Below are positions 63,966-64,000 of a DNA stretch of 64,000 bases, piece after piece. The stretch is from a virus (lineage: Duplodnaviria; Heunggongvirae; Uroviricota; Caudoviricetes), in IMG/VR virus record IMGVR_UViG_3300027963_000034, positions 186,552 through 250,551 of that record, one strand, 5' to 3'. The position numbers and the translations under genes were made by a program. Position 1 is the stretch's first letter. The number at the start of each line of letters is the position of its first letter. A model generated the notes under the pieces. That model worked only from the letters and a program-made list of their open reading frames with translations, was not told the DNA's origin and did not search any database.

Positions 63966-64000
63966 TAGTTTCAGTAGGACTCGAACCTACACTCTAACAT
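63966..64000 (-). tRNA. tRNA (3' part only, truncated by window end; identity undetermined)
   Basis: gtagg-TTCGAGT-cctac T-arm followed by acceptor 3' strand tgaaact and discriminator A. The anticodon lies beyond position 64000. Confidence 0.5.

Noticed and set aside
1-64000. Searched for integrase, terminase, portal, major capsid, DNA polymerase and rRNA signatures
   Set aside because: None of their hallmark motifs were recognised in this window (no tyrosine-recombinase R-H-R-Y box, no terminase Walker-A plus nuclease pair). They are probably encoded elsewhere in the genome.

Overview
This 64-kb window is an AT-rich (about 30% GC) segment of a tailed-phage genome. Almost every gene is on the minus strand and genes are tightly packed, often sharing stop/start overlaps. 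Twelve copies of a conserved intergenic motif read on the minus strand as TTTG-N~20-TATATTAG, i.e. a Bacteroidetes-type sigma-A promoter (TTTG at -33, TAnnTTTG at -7), so the host is probably a Bacteroidetes/Flavobacteriia bacterium. Recognisable genes, in window order: a tail fibre with a C-terminal S74-type intramolecular chaperone domain; five paralogous SGNH/GDSL hydrolases, a NodU/CmcH-type carbamoyltransferase and two sulfotransferase-like genes clustered around the fibre; a sigma-70-family sigma factor; peptide deformylase; a cytidylyltransferase-like (HxGH) protein; a UvdE UV-damage endonuclease; Hsp20; an HD phosphohydrolase; a GIY-YIG protein; an MTA/SAH-nucleosidase-like protein; an SPFH/Band-7 protein; a stand-alone lipoyl-domain protein; two SWIM zinc-finger proteins; an ImmA/IrrE-like peptidase and two other HExxH proteins; an ATP-dependent DNA ligase; a HAD phosphatase; a CobS-like AAA+ ATPase next to a CobT-like VWA protein; and a cREC-like receiver protein next to a calcineurin-type metallophosphoesterase. 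The 3' end of the window holds a minus-strand tRNA array (Ser-TGA, Arg-TCT, Asp-GTC, Thr-TGT, Glu-TTC, His-GTG with G-1, Cys-GCA and one truncated tRNA) with small membrane-protein ORFs between the tRNAs. Unexplained structure includes: a diverged family of at least nine small proteins with a conserved MLTIKN N-terminus arranged in tandem arrays; a duplicated ~200-bp intergenic element carrying GTAACTCATTGAT-type inverted repeats; a run of very acidic small proteins; a tRNA 3'-end fragment (attP-like); and a GC-richer island at 19.1-23.9 kb containing a protein-free ~300-bp locus with its own terminators. No integrase, CRISPR array, rRNA or capsid/terminase gene was recognised in this window.
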